Numbered from the stretch's first letter, positions 1 to 14,548 are shown. The stretch: DNA of 64,000 bases from Eledone cirrhosa (GCA_964016885.1 OZ024740.1:246512001-246576000), one strand, 5' to 3'. Numbers and translations are program-made. Notes: a model not told the origin generated them from the sequence alone.

Positions 1-272
1 CTGCCTCCCTGCTAAACGGACATTCTTTTCACTGCCTGTTTACGATGCAGCACTACAACAAAAAACTAGACTTTGAATGACCAGCTAACTTACCAACACA
101 CGCACATGCACACACAGACATATACGTGTACATTTACTATATCACTATGAGGTCTAGTGATTCGGCGCAGGTCACAGATTTAGTCAGTTTGTACCTCTTA
201 AATGAAATTTATAAAGCTTTACCTTACCTGAAGGATGGATTGTATCGCGACGATGCATTATTTACTTTAGAT

Positions 273-383
273 GAGTTCAAATCCCACCAAGGTTGACTTT
301 GCCTTTCATCCTTACGGGGTCGATAAAATAAAGTACCAGTAATGCACTGGGTAATTGCTGGCCTTGTGCCTAAAGTAGAAACA
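273..383 (+). mobile_element. SINE family A, 5'-truncated copy
   Basis: Box B-like GAGTTCAAATCC, core GCCTTTCATCCTTACGGGGTCGATAAAATAAAGTACCAG, tail GGCCTTGTGCCTAAAGTAGAAACAATT; about 10 copies in this window. Confidence 0.85.
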
Positions 384-402
384 ATTATTTACTTTAGATT
401 AT

Positions 403-586
403 GGCAGTGGATTGGCAGTATCAGTAGAGGGTCGGACGCCATGCTTTCCAGCATAGTTACGTCCCTTTACGATCTGAGTTCAAATCCCGCCGAGGTTGAC
501 TTTGCCTTTCATCCTTACGGGGTCGATAAAATAAAGTACCAGTAATGTACTGGGTAATTGCTGGCCTTGTGCCTAAAGTAGAAACA
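403..586 (+). mobile_element. SINE family A, full-length copy
   Basis: tRNA-like head with box B, same core and tail; flanked by the direct repeat ATTATTTACTTTAGATTAT (384-402, 587-605). Confidence 0.9.
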
Positions 587-1533
587 ATTATTTACTTTAG
601 ATTATAAAAAATATTAAATTGAAAGAACTAAGAAAGATCTATTTAAACTCTTCAAAAACTTTAACCCAAGCATTATTTTAGATAAGAACACCATAAACCC
701 AATGCAAAACTTTTTTATGTTGATACCAATTCTAGCCATCCTAGATCTGTCTTAAACTCAATTATCAAAGGTGTATCTAATAGAATTAGTAATTTATCCT
801 ATAATGAAGACACATTTAACCATAATGTCCATTATTATAATGAAGCTCTATCACGTTCTGGCTATAAAGATAAAATTAAGTTTATGCCTAAAAAATCCTT
901 TACCAACTGCAAAAAACAACCTAATATTATTTCTCATAAAACATATCCAGAATAATGGTGCTGGTGTTATGGTGTGTAACAGTGGGTTAAATAATGATAT
1001 ACACCGATTTACAGTAATAATTTCTAAAGATAAGAGAAATATTATGAATAAAAAGAATAGTATTAACTAAACCAAACATCTGTAATACTAGATATAAAAC
1101 AGAAGATTATAATCATACGAACCCACTCACCAGTAACAAAATTAAAAAGAATAGAAGAAGGCTTGAATATTTTAATCCACTCTTCAATTTTAATGTTTCT
1201 ACTAATATACCTAGAGTATTCTTCTCTATTTTGGAAAAAAAATTCCCAATTGAGCATAAGTATCATAGTTTAATTAATAAGAATACCATTAAAATCTAAC
1301 TGGGAATGTGTTCGTAAAAGCTGCTTCGTATAGACCCCCAATAAATTCTGCAACCTTTGCCTGCTTGAATCCCATACTATTATCTTCTCCAAATCAGATT
1401 TATTAAATAGGAAATCTGAGATTTTTTCCGCTTGTAAACATATCAATCACCATTCTTTTCACTATTTTAAACCTAGTAACCAATCTATACCAATGTAGCT
1501 TATATGTATATGTATTTCTTTAGTAATATTAAT

Positions 1534-1633
1534 ATTATTATACGCTTATATCTTCCCTATTCACTTCGATTTTGATTATAATCTATTATAATCAAAATCG
1601 AAGTGAATAGGGAAGATATAAGCGTATAATAAT
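1534..1633. repeat. Perfect palindrome, 49-bp arms, 2-nt loop
   Basis: 1534-1582 is the exact reverse complement of 1585-1633; loop CT. Confidence 0.95.
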
Positions 1634-2259
1634 TCACATTTAGCCATCTTTTGATTAGTATATTTTATTTTATTATATTTAGATTATTTCTTTAATAAGC
1701 CCCTCTGATCTGATCTCATATTATTGTTTTATCTTCATATTATATTTTTATCCTTATATTATTTTATCTTATTATCTTATTATCTCTCTCCAGTAGTATA
1801 CCTTCAAGTTTTACGTAACTTATTAAATTATTAATTAATTAACATTTTCTTCTGTTAGCATTTAGGTGATTTATTGTTCCTTCTGTAGAGTGTTTCTTTA
1901 GAGAGTTTTTAAAATAAAAAAAAATTGTTATAAGTCCTTTTGATATTAGTTATTGATAGAAACTTTTTAATTAAATTGTTTTCTTGATTAAAATCTTTGA
2001 TAAATTTTAATAATGTTAATAATATACAGCTTTTCAATATACATAGGGAATTTATTGTTATTTCGATTAGTTCTAATATTATATTATTCTAAAATTAAGA
2101 TTAATAATTTTAAAATAATTTCTTTAGTTTTGTAATTCATTAGCCCTAACATTTATTTAATAATTTGTAACTCTCCTTTAAAAAATATTTAGCAATTACC
2201 TCCCTTTCATTCACTTCCTCCATCTGCCGTTATTTGATAGTTTTTTAAAATAATATATA

Positions 2260-3260
2260 AACGAGCTACACTCATGAAGTTCAGAGACTTTTTCTTTCAG
2301 GCACTTTTAAATGACCTACGTAAGTGTCACCTTAATACACCCTTGATATGGTTATAATAAGCTAACATTCAAAATCTTTTTTTCCAGGTTGAAGTTTTGG
2401 GCCGTTGCAGCACTTTAAACACTACTCGTCATTACACGTCTTGTCACAACTGACTGGTTCCACAATGCAGTCGAGACATGAAGACAACTGGGATGCTCGA
2501 TATGCAATAACGTTTTGTGTCAAGCTTGGCAAGAACGCTGCAGAAACCTATAAAATAGTCAAAACTACTGACGGACTAACTTCATGTGCCGAGAGACTGC
2601 TTTTCGCTGGCACAAGAGATTCCACGAGGACAGGTTTGTACAACGTTTGTTCCCAGAGTACTTAATGAAGATCAAAGACAGAAGTGCGATGATGACAGCA
2701 GGGAGATAGTCGAGTGGATCGATTCGAATCCAAGTGCTCTTGAGTCTCTGGTAACTTATGACAAGAGCTGGGTCTACTGTTATGATCCAGACACCAAAAG
2801 ACTGAGTGCCCAGTTGAAATAGTCTGACTCCCTAAGACCCAAGAAGGCCAGGCAAAGCAGGTCCTCTGAGAAGCTCATGGTGATCTCATTCTCCGACAGC
2901 AAGGGCATCATCTATATGTACAAGGTCCCCCACGGCCAGACAGTCAACAAAGAGTACTATGTAGAGATTTTGAGGCAATTCAGAAAAGATTTCGTCGCAA
3001 GAGACCAGAACTCTTCAAGTCTGGTCAGTGGCATCTGCTCCAGGACAATGCCTCCTGCCACAAATCCATCCTGCTGACCAACTACTTGGCCAATATGGGG
3101 ATCAAGACTGTCCTTCATCCTCCCTACAGTCCAAACTTAGTCCCATGCAACTTCTGGATGTTCCCGAAACTGAAGGAGAAGCTCAGGGATATCCGCTTTG
3201 AGGATGTTGAGGAGATGAAAGAGACTGTGACTCCCTGACACCTTCACTTTGGAGGACTAC
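2260..3260 (+). mobile_element. Decayed mariner (Tc1/mariner, DD34D-type) transposon
   Basis: Fragments: RYAITFCVKLGKNAAETY (HTH), FVPRVL (WVPHEL-like), VTYDKSWVYCYDP, VPHGQTVNKEYYVEIL, WHLLQDNA, HPPYSPNLVPCNFWMFPKLKEKL (YSPDLAP motif, third D changed to N). Stops and frameshifts. Degenerate left TIR-like sequence at about 2260-2293; right end missing. Confidence 0.92.
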
Positions 3261-3261
3261 A

Positions 3262-4116
3262 ATGATGATAGTGATGGTGGTGGCTGTAATGCCATGACGT
3301 GGAAGAAAGCAGTGGCAGGTGTGTTAGTTGTGAGTGGCAATGGTTGTAGTATGGATATAGTTACTAGTCAACAGTGGTTCGAATAGTAGAAGTAGGAGTG
3401 GTATGAGTGGTAATATTGTTGGAAGGGGTTTAGGTGTTAGTGGTATTGGTAGTAGTGTTGTCAGTAGCAGTTGTGGTTTTAGTAGTGTTGTTGTTGGATG
3501 TGGTATTGAGAATAGTGTTGTCGTTGGTAGTAGTGTTGGTGGTAGGGGTGATGTTGTTGATGGTAGCAATAAATAACAACGATGGTACTGATGGTTGTAC
3601 ATGGTGGTGACATTGAACGCAATGGTGATGTTGGCTGAAATAATGGTTGTGGTGATAGTGGTGTTGATGGTAAGGATGATGGTGATGGAAGTTGTAGTGA
3701 AGTACATAGTACTTATGGTTGTTTTGAGAAATTACCACGACCGAAGTGAAGGGAGCAACAGTAATTGTGATCATGGTTAGAGTGGGGGTATGATGGAGAT
3801 TGTTGTTGCGGATTGGTGGAGATTAAAACAGCGACAAAGATCGATAAGTTTCAATCAGTAACCGAGTGACTGACCCGTATCACACCCGGCATTAAATTAA
3901 CTTCGATTTTTGAGCTATACAATCACACTAATAGAAACACTATCAACATAAATAATAATAATAAGAGAAACAGCAGCAGCAACAGCAGCAGCAACAGCAG
4001 CAGCAACAGCAGCAGCAATAGCAGCAGTCACGATGTTATGTATCATCATCATCGTCATACCCGTCTGCAGCAACACTATAACTATTAGATCCACCACCAC
4101 CACCACCACCACCACC

Positions 4117-4147
<31 letters not shown>

Positions 4148-4455
4148 ATATTCATAGTCCAACTACAGCTGCCAGGCAGGCACCACACTTCATTGAAACA
4201 CAACATTGGCAGCAGCAGCAACAACAACAGCAGCAGCAGAAGTAGCAACAGCAGCAGCAGCAGAACCACTTGTACCTTTACCACCATCACCCTCAACAAC
4301 AACAAGAATATCGACAGCAACAATACCAACATCCCAACAACAACAAAAATAACAGCCCCCACCACCACCTTCCTCGCCAACAACAACTACAGCACCAACA
4401 GTACCCATACTTCAATAACAACAACAACCACTACAGGTCCAACAAACAAACAAGG
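3262..4455. repeat. Low-complexity trinucleotide region (GTT/GGT/GAT-rich, then CAA/CAC/CAG-rich)
   Basis: Degenerate triplet repeats including (CAC)n and (GCAGCAGCAACA)n; composition flips strand near 3850-3910. Confidence 0.8.
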
Positions 4456-4571
4456 TAGTAAAAATGTTATTTAGGTTCCCCAATACAGTGCAAATGGTGA
4501 ATGTAATAGCATAGAGTAATTTCTATTGATTTATTATAACATGGACTGCTGCTTTCGAACAATTATACACT

Positions 4572-4639
<68 letters not shown>

Positions 4640-4753
4640 AGTACAGCATTAACGAAGCTTTAATTCGCGGCCAAGCTAACGAATGCAAATTCAGTATGTA
4701 GCTTTAGCACTCGGATGGGGAAAAGTACCCCAGAGTAATAACAATACGTTTAA

Positions 4754-4785
<32 letters not shown>

Positions 4786-4865
4786 GTGGTAGAACACTGG
4801 AAGGTAATATCCGTAGTGGTAGAGCACTCAGCCCATGGGACGAGTTAGGTAGAAGTGGTTACACA

Positions 4866-4943
4866 ACCGAGAACAATTGTTTCACCTTAGCCGATCCTCA
4901 CCTCGTAATGAGGATCGGCTAAGGTGAAACAATTGGTCTCGGT
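4866..4943. repeat. Inverted repeat (35-bp arms, 1 mismatch, 8-nt loop) built from a decayed HHR
   Basis: Arms 4866-4900 and 4909-4943. Minus strand reads CGAG-GUGAGGA-UCGGCUAAGGU-GAAA-CAAUUG-UU-CUCG, a hammerhead with C3->G and a weak stem II. Confidence 0.8.
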
Positions 4944-4969
4944 ATGGTGAACTAACTGTTATGTAACCA

Positions 4970-5030
<61 letters not shown>

Positions 5031-5595
5031 AAATATGAGAAAAACGTGCTGCGGGTTGCTAATGGGTTACATATGAATAAAGTTAGTCCTTCATCAGTGA
5101 TCTCCCAACCATCATTGGTATTTCATCGCTTTAAAGACCATATACCTCCGGTTGGTGCGAGCAACGGCTAAAAAAAGTCGTTGGGACACGTAATTAAAGG
5201 GGACGCGAGTGTAAACAAACAAAATGGTGAAGCAACAGAAAGTGAGGAAGAAGGAGTCAAGTCCTAAATTTCTATGAATTTAAATTCGGTGAAATCGTGA
5301 ACGAGAGAGAATAAAGACCATAAAACCTGGTTGGAATGTAAGCAAGGAAGGAATTCCGTACAGGTCTAACGGGAGGAAGAAGGGATCTAGTCTGTGATTT
5401 CGGTGAACGTAAGTTCTGTGAAATCGTAGACGAGAGAGGGAGAAAAAAAGGCGACTTGCCAGACCAAGGGTGCGAAAGAAAAGAATTACGCACAGGTCAA
5501 ATGGGAAGAAGGAGGAGGAGGAGAGGTAGTAACAGAGAATGAGTGAGTGAAGGGTGAGGAAGAGGCTAACAGAGAGAGTGACTGCTAGAGAGGGT
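5031..5595 (-). mobile_element. Non-coding (TA)n-embedded element with decayed HHR near its 3' end
   Basis: Minus strand 5107-5075: CUGAUGA-AGG-ACUAA-CUU-UAUU-CAUAUG-UA (GAAA core lost). Internal diverged dimer of about 128 bp at 5285-5510. Confidence 0.4.
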
Positions 5596-5693
5596 ATATA
5601 TATATATCCAGAGAGTGTAAGTTGGAGTTACTGTAGGTTCACCCGGGTGAGCACTCCATGTTTATATATATATATATATCCCATTTTTGGGAC

Positions 5694-7093
<1,400 letters not shown>

Positions 7094-7113
7094 TCTACTG
7101 ACTTATATTCATC

Positions 7114-7338
7114 ATGCAGAAACAACATCTGAATATTTCTACAAAGAACATACCCGTACCAAGCAGGAAAACATACCTAAAACTCCTGATACAGAAAACA
7201 GACGCGTTCATTAAAAGGTTGCGTTGGCGGGCCTTTTACTTCGATAATCCACGAAAAGCAGACAACAAACAGGATAAATTTGGATTTAAAACCTATAATA
7301 ACCCCCCGTGTAACCCAGCATTGCTACCCATCAAATAA
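7114..7338 (+). pseudogene. PLE ORF N-terminal fragment, opposite orientation to the adjacent endonuclease fragment
   Basis: STKNIPVPSRKTYLKLLIQKTDAFIKRLRWRAFYF...FGFKTYNNPP matches the N-terminus typical of this PLE group; truncated after 74 aa. Confidence 0.75.
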
Positions 7339-7775
7339 TTAATTAAACATTCATTAATATATAGATCAGCATCACAATACAAATATCTAAACTTAGAATA
7401 GGTATCTAAACGAATAAAATCTAGTATAAAAAATAAAAGATGGACTAACTATTTATATATGCCTCACTAGGAATCAAGCGACCAATCTGGTAACTTGCTA
7501 TCCTAGCCAGTTCACAAGCAGCAACGTCAATTGGAATATCTATCTCCTACACATATAAGAACTGCTAGTTAAGAATTTCGGATATATGCTTACTGGTCGG
7601 CGAAGGGAATAACACGTATGACCGGTAACATATCAATGGATATTTGCATCTCGTTTGGATTTTTGTCTGAAGAGAACACGTATAACAACTGCCTTACGTC
7701 TTTGGAATGCGTATAACAAAATAAATAGGGATGTACAAATGAAACCGTCTTTCTTGTTTATTATATATATATGTC

Positions 7776-7972
7776 TAATCGGACCAAAGAAATAATGTTT
7801 CCATTGATCTTTCCAATTGCTAATAGTATCTATCGGTCGCAACACCAGGTGGAAGGAGCAACGTGAAATACAGTGTCTTTCCAAAGGACACAACGCATCG
7901 CCCGGTCCGGGAATCGAACTCACAACCCCACGATTGCGAATCCAATTCTCTAACCACTCACCCACGCGGGAT

Positions 7973-7976
<4 letters not shown>
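7776..7976 (-). mobile_element. tRNA-derived SINE family B
   Basis: Minus strand: box A TGGGTGAGTGG, box B GAGTTCGATTCC, core GTGTCCTTTGGAAAGACACTGTATTTCACGTTGCTCC; homologous to 16267-16432 and 17478-17686. Confidence 0.85.
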
Positions 7977-8700
<724 letters not shown>

Positions 8701-8801
8701 TCTACCTGGAGTTGCGACCGATAGATAGTATTAGCAATTGGAAAGACCAACGGGAACATTGTTCCCTCGGTCCGATTTGACGAAAGTCGATCGTTCCTAT
8801 C
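8701..8801 (+). mobile_element. SINE family B, 3' portion
   Basis: TCTACCTGGAGTTGCGACCGATAGATAGTATTAGCAATTGGAAAGACCAA is the reverse complement of part of 17478-17570. Confidence 0.8.
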
Positions 8802-8839
<38 letters not shown>

Positions 8840-8844
<5 letters not shown>

Positions 8845-10838
8845 GGTTTGATGGCTCACCACTGGATAGAATTGGTCATTCCGTATGGTCAATCTCGATG
8901 TAATATTATGGAGAGTACTCAACATAATGCAGCTCACCCTCACCAGATGGTCATAAGTAGACCGAATAGCCACCACTTGAGGGCGACCGACTAAAGTAGA
9001 AGATGCTAGATGGTCGGTCGTCCTCTTGTTTATGATTTTCAGCCCCGGTCATTGAAATGATTATAGTATAATAAACCTTTCAAGGATTTACACAACTCCA
9101 GCCTCCTGTTATTTTATTATAATAATTAACTCAGTACTCGCACCACCAACTACACAAACGAAGACGGGTGAGCTGCATTACGTTGAGTACTCTCCATAAT
9201 ACTACATCGAGATTGACCATACGGAATGACCAATTCTATCCAGTGGTGAACCAACAAACCTAAATAAATAATGCTGCAGAAATGTTGAGCGCTTTCAGAT
9301 GTAATAATGAACAGCGGCACTGACTCCAGTGTACAGCTATCGCCAGCATGGCACTCACTGATCTACTCACCATTCGGATTTTGGCTGCTCTGTGCTTTGT
9401 CTACCGCCCACCTGGTCCAATGCTGCTTCCCTGTCGGGAATATTCAGACTTCGACAAAATTCTATGGATTATACTGTAACCTGTATTGTATTGACTGAAT
9501 TCTATACCCTATACTTCAGGGCCTTTGTGATTCACACTGAATTCTGAGACTCGAACATACACTAGGTATCACCTGATACCATTCCATCTCTTCCATCCTC
9601 TATATCTATATGTATTATCTAACTGCAACTTGATCTATATTGTATTTCTCTTGCGTTTTGATTTCTCTGATATGTTTTTATATACTTCCGTTTTACTCCA
9701 TCACCACCCTAGCTATGACGGCGTTTTATTTATGTATTTTTACTTTTTTACTTTATTAATGTATTTTATTAATGTATTTTTATCTTTGCATTCTGCTTTT
9801 ATTTATTTATGTATTTTTGCTTATTGTTCCTTTTATGTAGGTTTTTACTCGCTTACTCTCATTATGTACTTATCATTGTACTCATTAGCACACGACACTA
9901 GAATATTACTCTCGGTACCCTTAAACCTCCCCCTACCCACCAAAGAACCACACTACTTATAACCCGGACTAACTGGGGACTTAAATATAGTCTATTTGCG
10001 CATTTCATCGGGTTTTACCACTTTCAACCTCACATCACGGGTGTGAATATATAATAATCGTTTGGTTACACGCGATGATCCGACTGATGTGGTGGCTTTC
10101 CCGGCTGCGCGCCTGGCGCTCTGGTGCATAAGCCTTCCTTGAGTGTTTGGAAAAATAAATTTACCCTTCTTTCAGTAAATGAAATTACTCGGAGCGTTGC
10201 TTCGCCCCGGGGCCCGCCGCGCCGCCGGTTTTGACCACCATACAGTAACTTTAAATTCTAGGCTTAATCATAACTATTAGCTGTATCATGCCTCCCTCTT
10301 CTGGCACGTAAACAAATCCCCCTCCCGTGTGAATTAATAGTATTCGTTTGGTATAGCGATGGCCTAACAACAATGGCAGACTTCCCGCTAGCACACCCGA
10401 AGCCTAGAGTACTCGGAAAAATTAATTTCCATCTATTTCACTAGACGATATCACTCGCAACGGCTGACACGTGGTTAGGAAGGGCTGGCCGGAGTCTGCC
10501 GTCGTCGCGTATTATTGATTGGTAAACAAGGGCTTAATCTTTACTCTATATCCCACCCTGGAAACTGATCGAGAATCTCTATAATACACTTAAACTTTTT
10601 CACATAGGACTCTCTGTAAATTATTTAACTAAATCTCACAAGCCAAACCTTAAACTTTTTTTAATTTTTTAATTCTTTAATTTCATCCTATAACTCTAAA
10701 CATAAGTTTAACGTTCCAATTTTCTGTTCACACATTATACCATACAGGCACCCTCTATGTTAAGATATAGGTTCTCTGGAAAAAAAATTTTCGCGGCAAT
10801 TTCTAGCCTGATTGTAGCATGACCTTAACACTGACTTT

Positions 10839-10895
<57 letters not shown>

Positions 10896-11193
10896 TTTTT
10901 TCTCTTTGGCGGGAAGGTAGTAGTACATTATCAGCTTTCGCCCCCTCACCAGATGGTCATAAGTAGACCGAATAGCCAACACTTGAGGGCGACCGACTAA
11001 GGTAGAAGATGCTAGATGGTCGGTCGTCCTCTTGTTTATGATTTTCAGCCCCATGGATTTTCTCTGAGATATTCCTTTGTTATATTTCGAATAGCTGATG
11101 ATATCACCGGATTCATACGGAACCCGGTCATTGAAATGATCATAGTATAATAAACCTTTCAAGGATTTACACAAGTCCAGCCTCCTGTTATTT

Positions 11194-11198
<5 letters not shown>
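8840..11198 (+). mobile_element. Non-autonomous PLE-like element with pseudo-LTR-type direct repeat, 5' inverted segment and 3' HHR
   Basis: Direct repeat 8937-9120 / 10943-11198; inverted repeat 8840-8939 / 9166-9265; flanked by (TA)n; no recognisable ORF. Confidence 0.65.
11091..11148 (+). ncRNA. Type I hammerhead ribozyme motif with extended stem II
   Basis: AUAG-CUGAUGA-UAUCACCGG-auucauacggaac-CCGGUCAUU-GAAA-UGAUCA-UA^GUAU. Palindromic stem III; G.G mismatch at the base of stem I; followed by AATAAA, a tail of about 50 nt and (TA)n. Confidence 0.7.
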
Positions 11199-11280
<82 letters not shown>

Positions 11281-11286
11281 GACAAT

Positions 11287-11987
11287 CTATATATTTCCAG
11301 GGGTACTTAGTACCCGTGGGCATATTAACTTCTTTTAATATTCTCCATTATGTAGAGAACAAATCTGTTGTTCTATTTAGCTGCTATTTTTCGTAGTGTA
11401 GTAGACAACACGTCTATGTTTACTTCCGCTTTTGCTACGGACTAGTTCATGAGCAGGTCAAATTTCGACCCCACTCGATCTTGTGCTAGCTAGCAGATGG
11501 CAATATATTTTGCAGTTCCTGGGACTTTAGCCCTAGGAAAGGAAAATGCTTCTCTGATGAACTTTACTTTTCCATTAGAAATCCCATGTATTTCTAATGT
11601 TTTATAAAGGGAAACCGATCGGTAAGAGCAACTGAGAGTAGGTAAATATTTAAATTATTATTTTTAATTTATTTAAAAAAATTGTTTAATTTTTGCTTGT
11701 TCTGCTTATCTCAATATTATAGTTCTGGTATGTCAAATTAATACCATTGAACAACCCTGTATCATAGACGAGCTATATATTTCCAGGGGTACTTAGTACC
11801 CGTGGGCATATTAACTTCTTTTAATATTCTCCGTTATGTTGAGAACAAATCTGTTGTTCTATTTAGCTGCTATTTTTAGTAGTGTAGTAGACAACACGTC
11901 TATGTTTACTTCCGCTTTTGCTACGGACTAGTTCATGTGCAGGTCAAATTTCGACCCCACTCGATCTTGTGCTAGCTAGCAGATGGC
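11287..11987 (+). mobile_element. Retrozyme-like element: 486-bp unit in about 1.44 tandem copies
   Basis: Near-identical direct repeat of about 215 bp (11287-11501 / 11773-11987) flanking a unique part that contains an HHR. Confidence 0.75.
11547..11630 (+). ncRNA. Type I hammerhead ribozyme motif with long branched stem II
   Basis: UGCUUCU-CUGAUGA-A-CUUUA..CAUUAGAAAU/AUUUCUAAUG..UAAAG-G-GAAA-CCGAUCGG-UA^AGAGCA. Core complete; 8-nt palindromic stem III; GUA cleavage triplet. Confidence 0.8.
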
Positions 11988-12033
11988 TCGATAAGGATAA
12001 ATATATATCAAATATATAAAAACCGTAGAGCAA

Positions 12034-12296
<263 letters not shown>

Positions 12297-12310
12297 TATA
12301 TATATATATA

Positions 12311-12343
<33 letters not shown>

Positions 12344-12346
12344 GTG

Positions 12347-12465
<119 letters not shown>

Positions 12466-12482
12466 ATATATATATATGTACA

Positions 12483-12526
<44 letters not shown>

Positions 12527-12586
12527 TATATGTATATATATATATATTTATATCTATATATATATTCATATATGTATATATATATA

Positions 12587-12618
<32 letters not shown>

Positions 12619-12636
12619 CATATGTATATATATATT

Positions 12637-12668
<32 letters not shown>

Positions 12669-12870
12669 TTCATATATGTATATATATATATATTTATATC
12701 TATATATATATATATATTTATATCTATATATATATATATATATTCATATATGTTTATATATATATTTATATCTATATATATATATATTTATATATATACA
12801 TATGAAATTTCGTTTCATTCTATTCCAATGTATCGTTTACGGTGCGCCTGGCCGACTGAACTCACTCGAT

Positions 12871-12918
12871 ATGCAAATTAGGCTGCTCAGCCGTTAATTT
12901 TCATAAGGAAAGTATATA
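12871..12918 (+). promoter_or_regulatory. Candidate compact snRNA-type promoter (octamer, PSE-like, TATA)
   Basis: ATGCAAAT at 12871-12878, TCAGCCGTTAATTT 8 nt later, TATATA at 12913-12918; nearly the same spacing at 14549-14597 (minus). Confidence 0.45.
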
Positions 12919-12952
12919 CTTTCGAACGTTCAACCATCTGGCAGAAGGGTAC

Positions 12953-12995
12953 ACGGTGCTGACGATAGCTAACAAGCTTGAAACTAGTACATCGT
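12953..12995 (+). ncRNA. Minimal type I hammerhead ribozyme
   Basis: ACGGUG-CUGACGA-UAGC-UAACAA-GCUU-GAAA-CUAG-UA^CAUCGU: 6-bp stem I, intact core, palindromic CUAG stem III. Confidence 0.85.
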
Positions 12996-13298
12996 TCCTG
13001 TGTCAGTGTTGAACAAAAAGGTGACGTGGTTGCCTTAACACCGTACGGCATAAATCAGGCTGTCCGTTTGTTTACAAACGAACAAAGCGAATGTTATAAT
13101 AAATATTAGCTAAACTGATACGTACATATATATATGTGTGCCTGTATGTATATATATATATATATACATGCTACTGTACGTCTGTATACATATATGTATG
13201 TACGTATACATACATACTTACATTTAAGTAAGTGCCGTACTAAGAGTGAAAAATGAAATTTCGTTTCATTCTATTCCAATTTATTGTATATATATATT

Positions 13299-13330
<32 letters not shown>

Positions 13331-13410
13331 TATTCATATATGTATATATATATATATTTATATCTATATATATATATATTCATATATGTATATATATATA
13401 TATTTATATC

Positions 13411-13441
<31 letters not shown>

Positions 13442-13522
13442 GTATATATATATTTATATATATATATATATATACATATATATATGTATATATATATTTA
13501 TATGTGTATATATATTTATATG

Positions 13523-13557
<35 letters not shown>

Positions 13558-13584
13558 GTATATATATATATATGTATATATATG

Positions 13585-13617
<33 letters not shown>

Positions 13618-13618
13618 G

Positions 13619-13679
<61 letters not shown>

Positions 13680-13695
13680 ATATATATATATATAT

Positions 13696-13741
<46 letters not shown>

Positions 13742-13827
13742 CATATATATAGATATATGTATGTATAGATATACATATATATAGATATACATATATATAG
13801 ATATACATATATATAGATATATGTATG

Positions 13828-13891
<64 letters not shown>

Positions 13892-13959
13892 CATACATAC
13901 ATATATCTATATATATGTATATCTATATATATGTATATCTATACATACATATATCTATA

Positions 13960-14011
<52 letters not shown>

Positions 14012-14019
14012 TACACATA

Positions 14020-14071
<52 letters not shown>

Positions 14072-14080
14072 CATATATAC

Positions 14081-14118
<38 letters not shown>

Positions 14119-14135
14119 TTATACATATATATACA

Positions 14136-14206
<71 letters not shown>

Positions 14207-14215
14207 ATATATACA

Positions 14216-14282
14216 CCGACGGCAGAGCTCAAGCCGTTTAGTCCAGAAATAGCCGTCGAAACGGCTTCAGCTCTGCCGTCGG
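14216..14282. repeat. GC-rich inverted repeat (24-bp arms, 1 mismatch) isolated in (TA)n
   Basis: Arms 14216-14239 and 14259-14282; 19-nt loop. Confidence 0.85.
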
Positions 14283-14295
14283 GGTCATACTTGTT

Positions 14296-14358
<63 letters not shown>

Positions 14359-14462
14359 CGTATCTCCAAAGAAATACGGTTTTAGGAAGCCGTAGCTACG
14401 CAAACACCGGGGGGGGGGGTTAACGCCCTCTGGTGCTGTCCAGCAGAAGCAAGGGAGACAAT

Positions 14463-14502
14463 CGTCTATGCATTTCAGGCTTAACTGGCCTTCGTCAGGA
14501 CG
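14463..14502 (-). ncRNA. Minimal type I hammerhead ribozyme
   Basis: CGUC-CUGACGA-AGGC-CAGUUAA-GCCU-GAAA-UGCA-UA^GACG: perfect 4-bp stems I and II, intact core, palindromic UGCA. Confidence 0.9.
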
Positions 14503-14548
14503 GTCCCTCCCACCGCTTGCGACTGCTGGACTAGAAGACAGGCGAGAA

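Larger units (their letters stand above)
141..1498 (+). mobile_element. Decayed Penelope-like retroelement (RT plus C-terminal GIY-YIG endonuclease; resembles Hydra clade), interrupted by SINEs
   Basis: Manual translation gives collinear PLE blocks with stops, frameshifts and deletions: ITMRSSDSAQVTDLVSLYLL...GLYRDDAL (141-270), IERTKKDLFKLFK, KPNAKLFYVDTNSSHP, RISNLSYNEDTFNHNVHYYNEALSRSGY, YFNPLFNFNVSTNI, KKFPIEHKYHSLINKNTIKI, CNLCLLESHTIIFSKSDLLNRKSEIFSACKH. Confidence 0.85.
12802..13280 (+). mobile_element. Retrozyme-like element: 451-bp unit with 28-bp terminal redundancy, in (TA)n
   Basis: ATGAAATTTCGTTTCATTCTATTCCAAT at 12802-12829 and 13253-13280; contains an HHR and a promoter-like cassette. 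Confidence 0.7.

Noticed and set aside
3324-4474. Poly-Q/T/H/G ORFs resembling low-complexity proteins
   Set aside because: Overlapping ORFs in many frames on both strands from triplet repeats; no domain or splice structure.
4683-4690. Additional octamers (4683, 6730) as promoter cassettes
   Set aside because: Not followed by the TCA box and TATA at the spacing seen at 12871 and 14597.
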